In this document: positions 49,318 through 62,249 of the stretch, piece after piece
Layout: every line of letters begins with the position of its first letter
Numbering within the stretch: the first letter of the stretch is position 1
Assembly (NCBI RefSeq): GCF_021028975.2
Contig: NC_059426.1
Coordinates: 25,296,001-25,360,000 of the forward strand
Length of the DNA: 64,000 nt
From: Sphaerodactylus townsendi
Taxonomy: Eukaryota
Direction: 5' to 3'
The notes under the pieces: model-generated
The model's database searches: none
Told to the model about the DNA's origin: nothing
The model's input: the letters and a program-made list of their open reading frames with translations, nothing else
Translations under genes and position numbers: made by a program

Positions 49318-51401
49318 CTGTATTAAAAAAATACAGAGAATAGAGATTACTAACTTCTAATGTCTTTTGAGCACTGAAAGAAACGTGACCTGCTCCCACA
49401 ATCCTGACACTACAGTAATTGTTAATGTTTATTATTATTTGTTCTAAAAGATGTATACCGCGTGGTGGGTTATATTAACTGTTAAAAAAACATTTCCAAC
49501 TAAAAGCAATGAAATAACAAACCCAAATTTCTCCTTTCCTCCCCCTAAATGAAGTCTGCCATTCAAGGATTTAACAAGTAATATTTGTATAACATCATTC
49601 AGAATTATTAGAACCCACTAGTTGCTAGAAGCAGTTGGGATCTGCACTTCAAGAAATATGGAGGGTTATATTCTTTCAAGTGGGAGATCCTTGAAACTTG
49701 TAGGGGGATCTCATCTCCTCCCAACACAGCTCCAGGCCCCCACCACTTACCTTAAGGCAAGTCCACCACCACACTGAGTGGATCCACAACCATTCAACAT
49801 CTGCTGCCACTGGGCCAAACACAGAGCTGCTTGTGGCTGGGCCCAGAGCTGCTTCGGGTATCCATGCCAAGGCAGCCAAACCTAGAATGGATCCCTGCAG
49901 TGGCCATCATTTCAAAAGGTCAGTGCATACTCTGCCCTTTTCAAGAAACACTTTGGGAGGGGGGGTGTAATTTAAACCCCTCCCCAATGTTTTTAATATC
50001 AGATTTTTCTGCAGACCTAAGGTGTTGCCCAAGCCTGCAGAAACATTTGCTTGAGGTAAGTGTGGTCCTCTGCAGATGGGGGCCACTCTTGGGAATTATT
50101 GTGTTTATTTATTTATTTATTAAATTTGTAGGCCGCCTCATCCCCGAAGGGCTCGAGGCGGCTCCCAAAATAGCTGTTCCCAACAGCAAAAATACAACAT
50201 AAAATTAAGCCATTAAAACTCAGCAGCAATTAATAAATAAATTAAAACAACCAGATTATGTAGACACATATATACACAGGCGAATTAGATATATAGATTG
50301 TGCAGAGAGGTTGTGAACCTGGGAAGATATTAGCTGAAGCTTGATCACCTTTTACACTAACGTGAAAATATGTAATCATCTCAAAAAAAAAACCCCACAC
50401 GCAATCTGGTTCTACTGTATCAGTCACAAATTACAGTTCTGATGGTTTTTACCAATAAAAGTTCAGCATTAATGCTCTTCAGTATTTTCATCCATTGGCA
50501 AGAAAGGAAACACTTGTATAACACAAGAAATGCAACTTAGAGGTGGGCAGCTCCTGCCTCCAAGAGGTTTTCTTGTGGTACAGAGAAGCAAAAAACAAAA
50601 AAGCCTCCCAGCCACTGAAAAGCCCTCCACTGGGCTTTATGGACTTTTGGCTCCTAAAAGGCATTTCAAAGTTAGCTCCACCCCTGGCCATGCCCCCAGA
50701 ACACCCCCCGCTGTGCCAACAGAGGCAGTGGGAACACAGGAGAGGTGGCACAGTGCACTTTGCTGCGTCTGGCCACTCTGCAGAGCCACAGAGTGGCTGC
50801 CCACCAGCAGATTTGCCCCATCTGCTGGGGCAAGTGCCCCAGGGACACAGATCAACCAGCACAGCCCCATGCCACCTCCTGGATTCAACCCGTCCCTGCC
50901 ACTTTCAATTGGGCTGTAAATGTCTCATGACAATGCATCACATTTGCTCATCTAGGATTTACATTTACAAGGACATTTGCAAGTAACAGTTAAAAGACTA
51001 GAATGTGGCCACATTATGCCACTAACATGAGTCAGATCCCAAGATTCACTATCACTAGGAAACAGCCTGTTATTATATGTTTTAAAATGCCTTGCTAATT
51101 ATAATCCAACTGTACAATGGATTTGGTTAGGACCTACAATTAAAGCAATTTAACATGTGAGACATTTTTACACTTAGCAAAGTCAATGTTATGCACATTA
51201 TAATTAAAAATTGATGCTCCGTGCATATTTTGAAATTTCTGTAATTATTTTCATTAGGCTCAGTAACAGCCCTACAGCTATTGCTCTGGTGCAAAAAAAA
51301 TATTTTCTTAGTAGTTAACCATATAACTAAAACATCGTTAAATAAATCACTAATCAAATAAACGTGGGACAAATAAATGACATAAATATCAAGCATCATA
51401 C

Positions 51402-51497
51402 TTCGATGAAACAGGTTGTTCGTTAATCTGATGAAAGAAAATGATTTTGCTGGCCATTTTTCAAATCCTCCTTTTGATTCTGGAGTGACGCAGAGCT
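51402..51497 (-). CDS. PJVK: PJVK coding exon 5
   Basis: ELCVTPESKGGFEKWPAKSFSFIRLTNNLFHR; 96 nt, keeps phase. Confidence 0.92.
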
Positions 51498-53173
51498 CTG
51501 AAAAAAAATACACAACATATATTACATTTTAATCTGGGATGTTTATAAGTAATCCAGTTTCAAAACAATAAACACAACTATGACATGTATTTTGTTAACC
51601 ATGATAACAGAAAAGTTACATTAATTTTTTGTTGGGGGGCAGGAGTGGGAACAAGCAAAACAAATCACAAACATAAGCTTCTAAGTACAGATTGATTTGT
51701 TGGACCAGAAGTCCTACATCCACATTGGATCCAAGTAGTTTGCAGTCCCCGTGATGCTCATTCAGACACCAAGCATCTGATGTGATCCTAGTCATTTTGC
51801 AATGCACGACAGCATTGCAGATCAGGGGTGGACTGGCAAACATAGCCTGGTGTAGTGGTTAAGAATGGCGTACTCTAATCTGGAGACGCGGGTTTGAGCT
51901 CTTCCATGTGAGAACAGATCCAACACAGCATCCTTGCATCTGTAGCAGGGGTGGATTGGGAAGTTAAAGTGGAAAGCAATGAGCGGAGTGAGCCAAGCTG
52001 AGTAGTTGTTGCTATGCTACAAGTCAGTGCTACAGGCCCACTCGGTTCAGGGCCATGAGCACTGATTCTGGCTCACTCATTCACATGAAACCCACTAGAT
52101 AATGTTGGGTTAGTCACAGTTCTCTCAGAACTTTCTGAAATCTTAAACTCTTAGCAGGGTATAAAAACCGACTCTTTTTCTTCTTCTAACTTATGGGAAA
52201 TTTCCCAGTGGGTCACTGTCTAGAGGGTCTCTGACAGCCATGAATGAGCAGAGCAAAAGTCCAGCAACTCTGCCAGTTCCACGGGGACCACTTGGCCCAG
52301 ACACTTCTGTGGAATGATATATCAGTGACAACTTGCTGATGACCACTTCCTGCATTGCCACCAAGTTCCAGAGAGAGAGCAATGAGTGAGCCAGAATCAC
52401 TGCTGGTGGTCCTGAGCTGAGTGGCCCTGCAGGGCTGACTTGTAGCATAGCAACAGCCACTCAGCTTGGCTCACTCCAGCACCACTTTAACTTCCCAGCC
52501 CCCCCCCCCCCCATGCAGATGCAAGGATGCTGTGTTGGATCCCAATAGCTTTTCACTCAGTCTCATCCAATTCCCATCATTATTACAGCTCCTATTCCAC
52601 TGGGTTTTTGTTACTGCAGGACCCACTACCTCAAATATAGACTTAATGGAGATCAATGAGGAACTTCCTTCACTCTTCACCAGTAGAAAGCTTGTAGGAT
52701 CCAACCTACTATTGATCCAGCTACAGTGAGCATCACTTGAGTTTAGCGAATAGTTTGGGAGCAAGGGATGCTTGTTGCACTGCTGAAATTAAAATGGCAG
52801 TCCCTTAGAAGAACATGTTATACATATTAATGTATCTACAACTATAAACATTATAGCTATCATGTGGTGCTAGATAGCATTAGTGCACAAAGCCATCACA
52901 AGAAAGGAGAAGGAGGGCATGAAAACTGTGATTCATCTAAAAAATTACCTACAAAACTGAATTTAGTTATTACTGAAGGAACATGGCTGCGGCCAAAAAC
53001 AGTCCAGCATCCTCTCGCCCCTGAAAATCTTTACAAAATGCATGATTTGACATCACCATTAAGTTTCCCTAACCATGTTCCATGTAATTATCTGCATTTG
53101 TATGTGTGGGAAAACTCACAGTGTGTTGATGTCATATTCCATGTTTTTGTAGTATTTGAAATTACTGAGGGAC

Positions 53174-53458
53174 AGAAGAAGAAGAAGAGAGTGTGGATTT
53201 ATACCTCACCTTTCTCTCCTGTAACTCAAGGTTTCCTACAAACTCCTTTCCCTTTCTCTCCCCACAATAGACACTTTGTGAGGTAGGTGGGGCTGAATTC
53301 TGAATAACTGTGACTAGCCCAAGATCACCTAGTAGGAATGTAGGAGTGTGGAAACACATCTGGTTCACCAGTCTCTGCCACTCATGTGGAGGAGTGGGGA
53401 ATCAAACCTGGTTCTCCAGATTAGAATCCATCTGCTCTTATCCACTACACCACGCTGG
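53174..53458 (-). mobile_element. tRNA-derived SINE copy
   Basis: Same family as 11291-11597. Confidence 0.8.
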
Positions 53459-54708
53459 AAATGTTTTTACCGGCAGCCAGTGGGAAATTCCAACTGCCAG
53501 TTTGAGCTGGGAAATTCCTCGATATTTGGGGGTGGGGAGTGGATTTTGGGGAGGAAATGGAGCTTGGTGGGAATGTAATTCTATGGAGTTTGTTCTACCC
53601 TGGAAAGACTTCTGTATTCTGGAGATCAACTGTAATCCCACTTGGAGATCCACAATCCAACAGCCATTCATGTAATGATAGTAAGAAATTAAGTATTATT
53701 AGAGTGCATGGAAGGTGAAAAGCAACTACGGGAAATACTAGCAAGCCATGTTGAATTCATTTGTAGAAAGAGCTGATCAATGCTAATTAAAGAATGTTTG
53801 TTTGGTGCTTCAGTCTGTTACAGTATCAGTTTTGAACATTAAAAGTTTGCAGTGAAAAGTAACTGTCTCAATTTTATATCCTGCCCCATTAAGTTCTCAA
53901 CATTGTTTCTGCAAGAACCAAGCTAACTAGCTGGTACAATATTTGATATATCAGTTTTCTGAAAACTGACCTTCATACCAACATTTTAAGTGTTCAGGGC
54001 AGGCCCAAAATCAAATGATTAATAACACTGCAAGTCATTTTAATCTGTTGTATATGTGAAACACATATACTTGAAAGATTAGGAAGTGAAGCTTTGAAAT
54101 GAGAATGAGATTGTCAACTTGCAAACTGCAAGTCATTATTTTGTATTACTGCAGACTGCATGTCCCTAAAAGTTTAAATAATAAACAGTGCAATTCTAAG
54201 TCAATTGGTTACAATTAATTTAGACTGATAAACAGCCCAATGGGGGGAGGGGCTGAAAGGAGTTGAAAAGGGGCCTCCCAGGATGCTTCTACAGGGTGCA
54301 CAGCACTGTGTCAGCATCCCTGCACTCCCACTGGATCTATGAACATAGAAGGGCCATTCTGGAGGTGTGACCAGGGGTGGAGCCAGTGTTAGTTGACTTC
54401 CATCCTAGCATTGCTTCCCAAGATGCCAGCTCCCAGGGCATAGACAGAAGGATGGCATAAACCCATTGAGCCCATTGGAGGGCTTTTCATTGGCAGGGAA
54501 GCTTTTTGTGGTTTTTTGCCTGTCCATGCCACTGAAAAGTTATCTGGAGGTGACAGAGCAGCCCCGCAGTGGAACTGTCCCTGGCTGCCCCAGAGCTCTG
54601 AATTGGGCTGTAACTCTTCACAGGATTGCACTGTTAATACCGTTGTTTCAAGACATCCCCTCTAAAAACAGCAGCAGTTTGTGATTGCAGAATAACCAGG
54701 TTACTCAC

Positions 54709-54826
54709 CAAAATTACCATCCAGATGAATGTAAAGTTCAAATATACTAAATGCAATAGTTGTATGTGCAGGAAAAACAATAGCTCTGTCACGTCCTTTG
54801 TAATTATGGTCATCAATAATATGAAA
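54709..54826 (-). CDS. PJVK: PJVK coding exon 4
   Basis: [39 protein letters not shown], read by hand; CAG acceptor, GTGAGT donor; 118 nt. Confidence 0.95.
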
Positions 54827-55439
54827 CTGTTTTTAAAAGAAAATGTTACATTACTCATCCTTGCAAATCAAAACATTATAAAGAAAAGCACATTAGACTA
54901 AGCAAGTACTGAAACTCAGTTCAATAACCTCAGGAACTCATTACAAATTTCCAGCAAGTTGAAAACGATTGTCCTAATTGGTGTTGCTATTATCCCAAAT
55001 GAAACACATTTTCCCACTATTTAACCATCAAGTTTTCTATTAACTAGCAAGTTTTCTATTAAAAGTGGCCTTCAAAACTGAGGTGCAAACCAGCAAAAGT
55101 GATTGCCCTGATCAATAATTATGTGAGAGTACAAATTCTAATATTTACAGGGTTCCCCCTTAGTCTCCACAGAAAAGGCAGTTTTCTGGATGCAAATCAA
55201 AGCAGACACATCTGTTTTCTCCATTCATGGGTCAGGACAAACACGCTTGACCTGCCTCCAGGAGAATGTACTCCTGCCACGCAGGGCATTTAATCAGGGG
55301 TGCATGGTGTCAGGGGCACTGAACACCTGGGGACATGACATATGGTCCTCTTTACCAATGGAGGCAGACTAAACTTTTGAATTAAAAATCTTGCCAGCTA
55401 GACAATTTCTCTATATGCTACTCCAGAACATAATTCTAT

Positions 55440-55853
55440 GGCCCCTTCCGCACAGTACCGGGAGAGCGGGTTGCAAGAAGGATCAAGTAACCCGCTCTCC
55501 TGCTGTCCCATTTGCATGCCTCCATGTAGGCAGCAAACAAAGCCCGCGGAAGCAATGCAGGCTGCCATTGTGCCTTCGCACAGAGGTGCATCTTTAAAAA
55601 AAATCTCACCTCCCATGCTGCGCAGCTGCGCAGGAAGGACCTTTAAAAACCAGGAAGCAATTGCTTCCCAGGGCAGCTGTTTGCTCACCAGCACCTGCAA
55701 TCCACATTACAACTAAAGAATCACAGATAGTGCGATTCTGGAAAACCCGGGGGCGGGGGATACAGAGAGGAGCAGGATCTGTGTGAAGTTCCTTCCCAAC
55801 ACAGGTTTTCCCCCGTGGTTAGTTCAGGTTTATTGGTCTGTGCGGAAAGGGCC
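55440..55853. mobile_element. Longer PIF/Harbinger-like non-autonomous element
   Basis: TIR GGCCC(C/T)TTCCGCACAG; 3-bp TSD TAT. Confidence 0.75.
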
Positions 55854-56118
55854 TATGTAAGCAAGTTGGTCTCTATACAAGTTGATCCAAGAAAATTTTT
55901 TCATTGCTTGCTTTTTGGTATTACAACAATTATCTATCCCAAGTTCAAAACCAAGACAATAAGCTCAAACTTTTTAGCATTTCATTAATACACTACTGGT
56001 TATTTATTCTTAACTCTCGCAAATCATTTCTAAAAGAAAACATGGGTGGAATATTAGAATTCATTTATCTAAGCAATTGTCTATTTTATAAATCTCTTCG
56101 TTTTACATTATCTCCAAT

Positions 56119-56853
56119 CAGGGCCAGATTTAGACTTTTGGAGGCCCTAAGCACTGAAAAGATTATGGTAGCCTCATATACTGTACTTAGAATTCAAAAT
56201 AAAAACAATAGTAAAATATAAAATATATATGTTCTAATAATTATCATTATCTGTATGAAACAAAATACCTATTATTCCATAGCTTTCTTGCCTTGAAGAT
56301 ACATAGCATTTTAACTTACATGAATCAAAGATGCAAAATAATGTTTACTGTTGCAGGAGCAGCAGTGGCATAGTGGTTAAGAGCAGGTGCACTCTAATCT
56401 GGAGAACTGGGTTTGATTCCCTGCTCAGCCACTTGAGCTGTGGAGGCTTATATGGGAACTAGATTAGCCTGTGCACTCCAACACATGCCAGCTGGGTGGC
56501 CTTGGGCGAGTCACAGCTCTTCTGAGCTCTCCCAGCCCCACCCACCTCACAGGGTGTTTGTTGTGGGGAGGGGGAAGGGAAATGAATTTGTAAGCCCCTT
56601 TGAGTCTCTTTACAGGAGAGAAAGGTGGGGAATAAATCTAAAACTCTCTCTCTCACTTATAACTTTATACAAAAAGTTTTCTCCTGCATTTTTCAATTGC
56701 AAAATCATTGATCATATCCTCAAAATTAATCTGACATAACAAATGTGCTTCAATACTTAGCAGAGATAAGGAGGAAAAAAAATCTCTATGAGCCCCTCTT
56801 TACTTGAGGCCCTAAGCATGTGCTTATTTTGCTTAACAGTTAATCCAGGGTTG
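56119..56853. mobile_element. hAT-type non-autonomous element with a nested SINE (56356-56654, + strand)
   Basis: CAGGGCCAGATT...AATCCAGGGTTG ends; 8-bp TSD TCTCCAAT/TCTCCAGT; full SINE inside. Confidence 0.7.
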
Positions 56854-57048
56854 TCTCCAGTCCTTAGGCAGAGGATATTTTATGCACATGGACAACAAAC
56901 CAGCATAGAATTACCGTTGCTCACTCACAGTACTATCATAAGCAGTGTCATACTCTTCCAAGTCCGCTGAAGTCAATGTGTTGAAAGATCATAGCCCTGC
57001 TTGTGTCTGACATCAATATGCACCTGGAACATCATTAAACATGCTCAC

Positions 57049-57190
57049 CCTCATTGTGTCGCCTCTCATGCCAGCATGCACAGACAGTGAACACTGCCGT
57101 GTTGTTCGAATACTCTCAGAGACCATACAAAGAACCGTCTTCTTACTTTCTTGTGACTGATGAACAAGACAGTGGTCAAAATTAATTTTT
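57049..57190 (-). CDS. PJVK: PJVK coding exon 3
   Basis: [48 protein letters not shown]; 142 nt; follows a 161-nt intron. Confidence 0.96.
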
Positions 57191-57351
57191 CTGCAATAAA
57201 GAGGAAAATAGTCTTCGTAGTCCTTCAATACGGTATTTAAAAACTTATTCTATGCTTCATTAGTGAAATACACATACAGAACGTCCATGTTGATTTGCAA
57301 AATGGAGCTAGAAAATAACTGTGATAGTAAAACAATGGAAATAATACTAAC

Positions 57352-57547
57352 CTATTAGTAAGTTCTCTGAGTAATGTTGGTACCTCAACCTCGTGTTTAG
57401 TTACAATACCAAATGAAGCTTTCACTGCAAGAGAATCTGATCCAGCAACATTGACTCCAACAGAATTTCGGATGTGATTTCCTCGTCTACCATTGAGTGT
57501 TACATCTGATTTGTCTTCATAATTCAGTAATTGGTAGGATGAAATAC
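57352..57547 (-). CDS. PJVK: PJVK coding exon 2
   Basis: [65 protein letters not shown]; 196 nt. Confidence 0.96.
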
Positions 57548-58207
57548 CTGTGGAAAAAGAAGCCGTTGTACTGAATGAAATGTCTCAACTTCATTTCTAA
57601 TTTTAGTCCTACACGTGCTATTTAAAAAATATTGCTAGATGGTAATTATTTTACTCTATGTACATAAAATATTCAGCACACAGAATAAAACCACATTGTA
57701 TTGATGTATCATTGACAACCTCGCCTTTCTTCTAGTTTAATCCTAACCACTCCCATACTCTGCCAGTAGAAACAAAACAGATATTTCTGTAGGAAGCACA
57801 AGCCACCTGGCATGGGCACTGGCAACTTTCGGAGGACTGAAAGTTTCATAAATTGAAGGTGTTTGCCTTTCACTTGCCACAAATTGTATTTCACTAGTCT
57901 TCATTGGCAATATGAAATGTTTAAAAGTAGAGAAAATTTAGTTCAAATTGAATAGAACAGAATAGAACTGATAAGAAGTTGAAAACCAGTTGAAAGCCAT
58001 GGTTTGAATCTTCTGATAAACTTCAGGCTAAATGATCCTGACTCAGATATCCTAGAAAGGATATATGTCACTTTCTACTCTGGGAGTATCTATTCCTAAA
58101 AAGTGGAAAGAAAGTAAATCTATTTAGTAAATCTTTCAAAGGTAATTATTACACTTACATCTACTCCACTACTCCACTACGTTAGCAAATATTGTTACTT
58201 ATTATAA

Positions 58208-58394
58208 CAGTGATTCTCAATCTTCCTAATGCTGCGACCCTTTAATACAGTTCCTCAAGTTGTGGTGACCCCCAACCATAAAATCATTTCCTAAGACCGT
58301 TGGAAATATGTGTTTTCCAATGGTCTTAGGCGACCTCTGTGAAAGGGTCATTCGACCCCCAAAGGGGTTGCGACCCACAAGTTGAGAACCGCTG
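58208..58394. mobile_element. SPIN/URR1-like hAT MITE, different internal segment
   Basis: CAGTGATTCTCAATCTTCCTAATGC...GTTGAGAACCGCTG. Confidence 0.8.
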
Positions 58395-58591
58395 CTCTAG
58401 AACATCACATCCACTCCTTACTAGTGAGGCATCAGGATGTCGTTTAACTTGCACAAGGCCAGCCAGGTAAGCTAATGCCAGAGCTCAGATTTCTCTTGAA
58501 ATCCCTCAAGTCTTACAGGCCTGTTCCCATGTTTTCAGTAGGTAAGTATGGCAACCATACTTGGAGAAGGCCTCAATTCCTCAACTGTTGG

Positions 58592-58774
58592 CTTCCTCAA
58601 CCTTCCTAATGCCGTGACCCTTTAATACAGTTCTTCATGTTGTGGTGACCCCCAACCCTAACATGTATCAATTTTACAGAGGGGAGAACACTGATGCAGA
58701 GAGTCTTAGGTGACCCCTGTGAAAGGGTCGTTCGACCCCCAAAGGGGTTCCGACCCCCAGGTTGAGAACCACTG
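58592..58774. mobile_element. SPIN/URR1-like hAT MITE (reverse copy of the 3882 subfamily)
   Basis: Reverse complement aligns to 3882-4067 including the internal part; left TIR damaged. Confidence 0.8.
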
Positions 58775-59350
58775 TATTACAACATGGGGACTTCTACGAG
58801 TTGATCACAAAAATTGTTATCAACTTGTATCAGTTGATAACAAAAATTGCAAGCACCTCAGCTGCTTTCCTAAAAACAAACAAACAAACAAACAAACAAA
58901 AACAGCTAGCCTAAAACTATTCCTTCAGGAATAATGAAATAATGTAATGTCTGTCTTATCGGGGGTAGGGCGGTTTATCAAATCGAATTAATAATAATAA
59001 TAACAATAATAATAAAAGGGTTTGGACAGAAACACCAAAGAACACATGTTTAATAAAAAGGTCCCATTATCGGCTTTTTTTTTTTGTCCATAAGATAGGT
59101 TTGCATCGACTAGTAGGCCAGGACAGAATGAGGGCTGCAATATGCAGTTTCTCCAAGCAGTTCCCCATCTCTGCAAGGTCCAAAGCACAGGACACTGAAA
59201 TTCTGTTGACATCTTACTTAAAATTATGGTTTGGGGGATTACATTCCGTGAATAAGAAATAGGAAGATGTGGACGGTTGTGTAAATGGTTTTGACTGTGA
59301 GTGTTCCATAGAAATTTAAATTAAGATTATAATGTGCTAGAATGGAAAAC

Positions 59351-59552
59351 TGCCTGACCTTCATGGCCCAGGAGGAGTGCGTACTCTCATCAGATCTCAC
59401 AAGCTAAGCATGGTTGGCCCTGGTTAGTACTTGAATGGGAGACCTCCAAGGAATACCAGGGTCATTAGAGAAAGGCAATAGCAAACCACCTGTCAAGTCT
59501 CTTGCCTTGAAATCCATACTGAGTCGCCGTAAACTGTGACGTGACAGCACAC
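59351..59552 (+). mobile_element. 5S rRNA-derived SINE
   Basis: GATCTCACAAGCTAAGCATGGTTGGCCCTGGTTAGTACTTGAATGGGAGACC matches the 5S internal control region; non-5S tail; perfect 12-bp TSD AGAATGGAAAAC. Confidence 0.8.
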
Positions 59553-59948
59553 AGAATGGAAAACACATTACAGTCCAAAGCACACCTACTACATGATTAG
59601 AAGCAGTTATATGTTAACCCATTTAAATTGAACTTATTTTGAGAACAGCATATTATACAGAATAATTAACCTATTATTAATTTTAAAAACACTGAAAATA
59701 TTATCAGTTTGAACTCCTAACACATGATTTCAGTCTTCAATCTTTTGCTATATTTTTAAAACAGATTTTTAAAAATGTAGCTTGTTTATATCATTGTATT
59801 CTGTTTCTCTACAACAGCTTAGGCTACGTAACCTCCACGTAATCAAATACTGTCTTGTTCTGAATTTATTCCATTGTTATACCTCTGAAAATTAGAAAAT
59901 GCATTCTTTTTTTGCAGGCAATTAAGAAGTTTAAAACAAAACCCTTAC

Positions 59949-60156
59949 CAGCTGAAATTTCTTTCTCTCCTTGAAGAATGTCTTTGAGGCTGAATGGCGT
60001 TGAAATAAAATTGGATCTTTTGGAAAGACAGCTTTTCTTCTTGATAACAAGACCAAGGGGCTGATATTTATCAGCTTCACTGAGGCTGCGAACAGGAATT
60101 AGTCGACCTCCATCACCAACCTGCTTAACAAAACTTTTGGTAGCAGAAGCAAACAT
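59949..60156 (-). CDS. PJVK: PJVK (pejvakin, DFNB59; gasdermin family) first coding exon
   Basis: [41 protein letters not shown]...EISA; GTAAGG donor; 208 coding nt; plausible upstream acceptor at 60242-60241. Confidence 0.96.
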
Positions 60157-62249
60157 ATTACGCGTACACAATCACAAAATAATAAATCTGGATCAACTGC
60201 AAGCTTCGAAGCATATAGCCATATTAAAATTGTAACTTCCCTAAATAGATCAAGGGTAATGCTCACACCTTGTTTGTTTTAAAGCATACTGTATTTGGCT
60301 AGAATAAAAGCACTACCATTGTTTTAACTGGCTTCTGCATGGTATTATTCGACAACTTTCTTTCATTGACCTGCCACATTCAAAATAATGAATAATAGAT
60401 TAACAGAGTAAACTGATACGGTAACATTCTGTCCCTTTGTGTAGTACTGTCTTAGCTTTCACATCAACAATTTCAACTCAGAAAAAGTATTTTAAATGAG
60501 TTTTAAAAACTAACAGTACCATAGATAATACTTGGTTTTATTTATTCATGTTAATCCCAGACAGTTTTTTCTACTATAGAGTTTGTCCAGCCTAAATTTA
60601 CACTTTTAGATATCTAGTGGTTATTTCATATCACTCTAAAACTGTATAAGGTTGTAGTTTAACCCATTTTGGAAGACGTCATAATGATAACAAAACCTTG
60701 AAAAGGTTGAAAGTTAGAAGGCAACTTCATTCAGGTAATTTCCACAGTCCAAATATAATGGGCTGAGGAAGCGATTTATCCTTTTGAAGGGGGGAGAAGT
60801 TTGCACAGGGAAACAGGGTAAACCTGGTTCATTAATAACATGTTACACACGTTAATAGTGTGCTGTGCAGAAACCACCTCACTGTTTATTCTAATGGAAT
60901 CTTTTCACATGGGAGAATGATAATGTTCTGAAACAGCAAATATGAACAAATGATACAACCCCCCCCATTTCAATGCAACTTAGAATGTACTGCTGTTTAA
61001 AATATTTATTCTGTGTAGTTCATATATAAATGTCTTGCCTAGTAAGGACTCATTAAATGCAGCAGGTGAGGTCCAACCAATGCAGAATAGAGAGGTACAA
61101 TTACATCCCTCAATCTGGACACTGTACTCCTATTGATACAGTCCAGAATCCCACTGGCTTTTCAAATCTCTAATCATTCATCCAAGTCCCTAATCATTCA
61201 TCTAAGGAAGTTCATAAAACATTTTGTATGGTGCAATCTTATTACCTGTGTTAAAAAGCCGGAAAAGTCAGTAGAGTGGTAACCTTCCTGACTAGTTCTG
61301 GAGTGTCTCTAAATGCAAGTTGCCTGTGCGTTTTTTGTTCTAGATTCTAGTTCTGGAATGTATATAATGCATGCCAGTTTTTTGTAGGGTTGTAGTTCAT
61401 TTGATGCCCGTTCTGGGCCTTTTTTGAAGTTTCAGAAGCATTTTTGGTCTGGAAAGTGTTAATAAATGTACATTCTTTTTATATTTAGTTTTAGATTATA
61501 GTTCTGGAGTGCATGTAATACATGCCAGAGGGTTTTTTTTTTTTTTTTGTGGTCCTCTAACTCACTTAATGCCCAATCCGGGCTGTTTCTGGCCGTTTTT
61601 GCTGCTCCGGAGGCACTTTTGGCCTGGAAAGGGTTAATAAATGCCCATTCGCTGTGTGTTTCTCGTTCTAGATTTTAATTCTGGAGTTCATCTTATGCAT
61701 GCTACAGTGTTTTTTTTTTGTGGCCCTTTAACTCATTTAATGCCTGTACTGGCTTTTACCCTGTCCCCAAAAAATCTGCTTGTTTTGGCTGTGCAAAAGC
61801 ATGATTCCCTTATCAATTGTTGGGCAAGACCACAGCACAGACTCATAGACATACACACAGCAAATCTGAGAGCAGGAGATTGGGCAAATCCTGTAGGCTG
61901 CTGACCTCTCTCTGTTTACACCATACTAAAGTTAAAACACCTGTGTAGCATACAGGGTTAAAGAAATAAATTACGATATAGAAAACCCTTGGTTCAAATC
62001 TCAGCTCTGCCCTGACCTCAAAGTCTCTTAGTTTCAGTCGCTACAGAGTGATGCCGGTGATGGTGAACTTTCTGGGTTAGTTGTCAAAAATTTGGAAAAA
62101 TGTGTATAGACTCTACTGCATGTCACCCCACAGAGAAACAATTCTTTACATACTCATTTAAAAAAAATACAGCCTAATCATGTGTGGTGCTAAGCATTGT
62201 ATTTTTAAAAAAATCTAATATTTTCAAACAGGGAAAACAGTTGTCAGGT

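Noticed and set aside
59380-59465. 5S rRNA gene
   Set aside because: Truncated and diverged, fused to a SINE tail and bounded by a TSD
61337-61765. CRISPR-like array (also the tandem repeats at 34817 and 18391)
   Set aside because: Vertebrate DNA, no unique spacers between identical repeats, no cas genes
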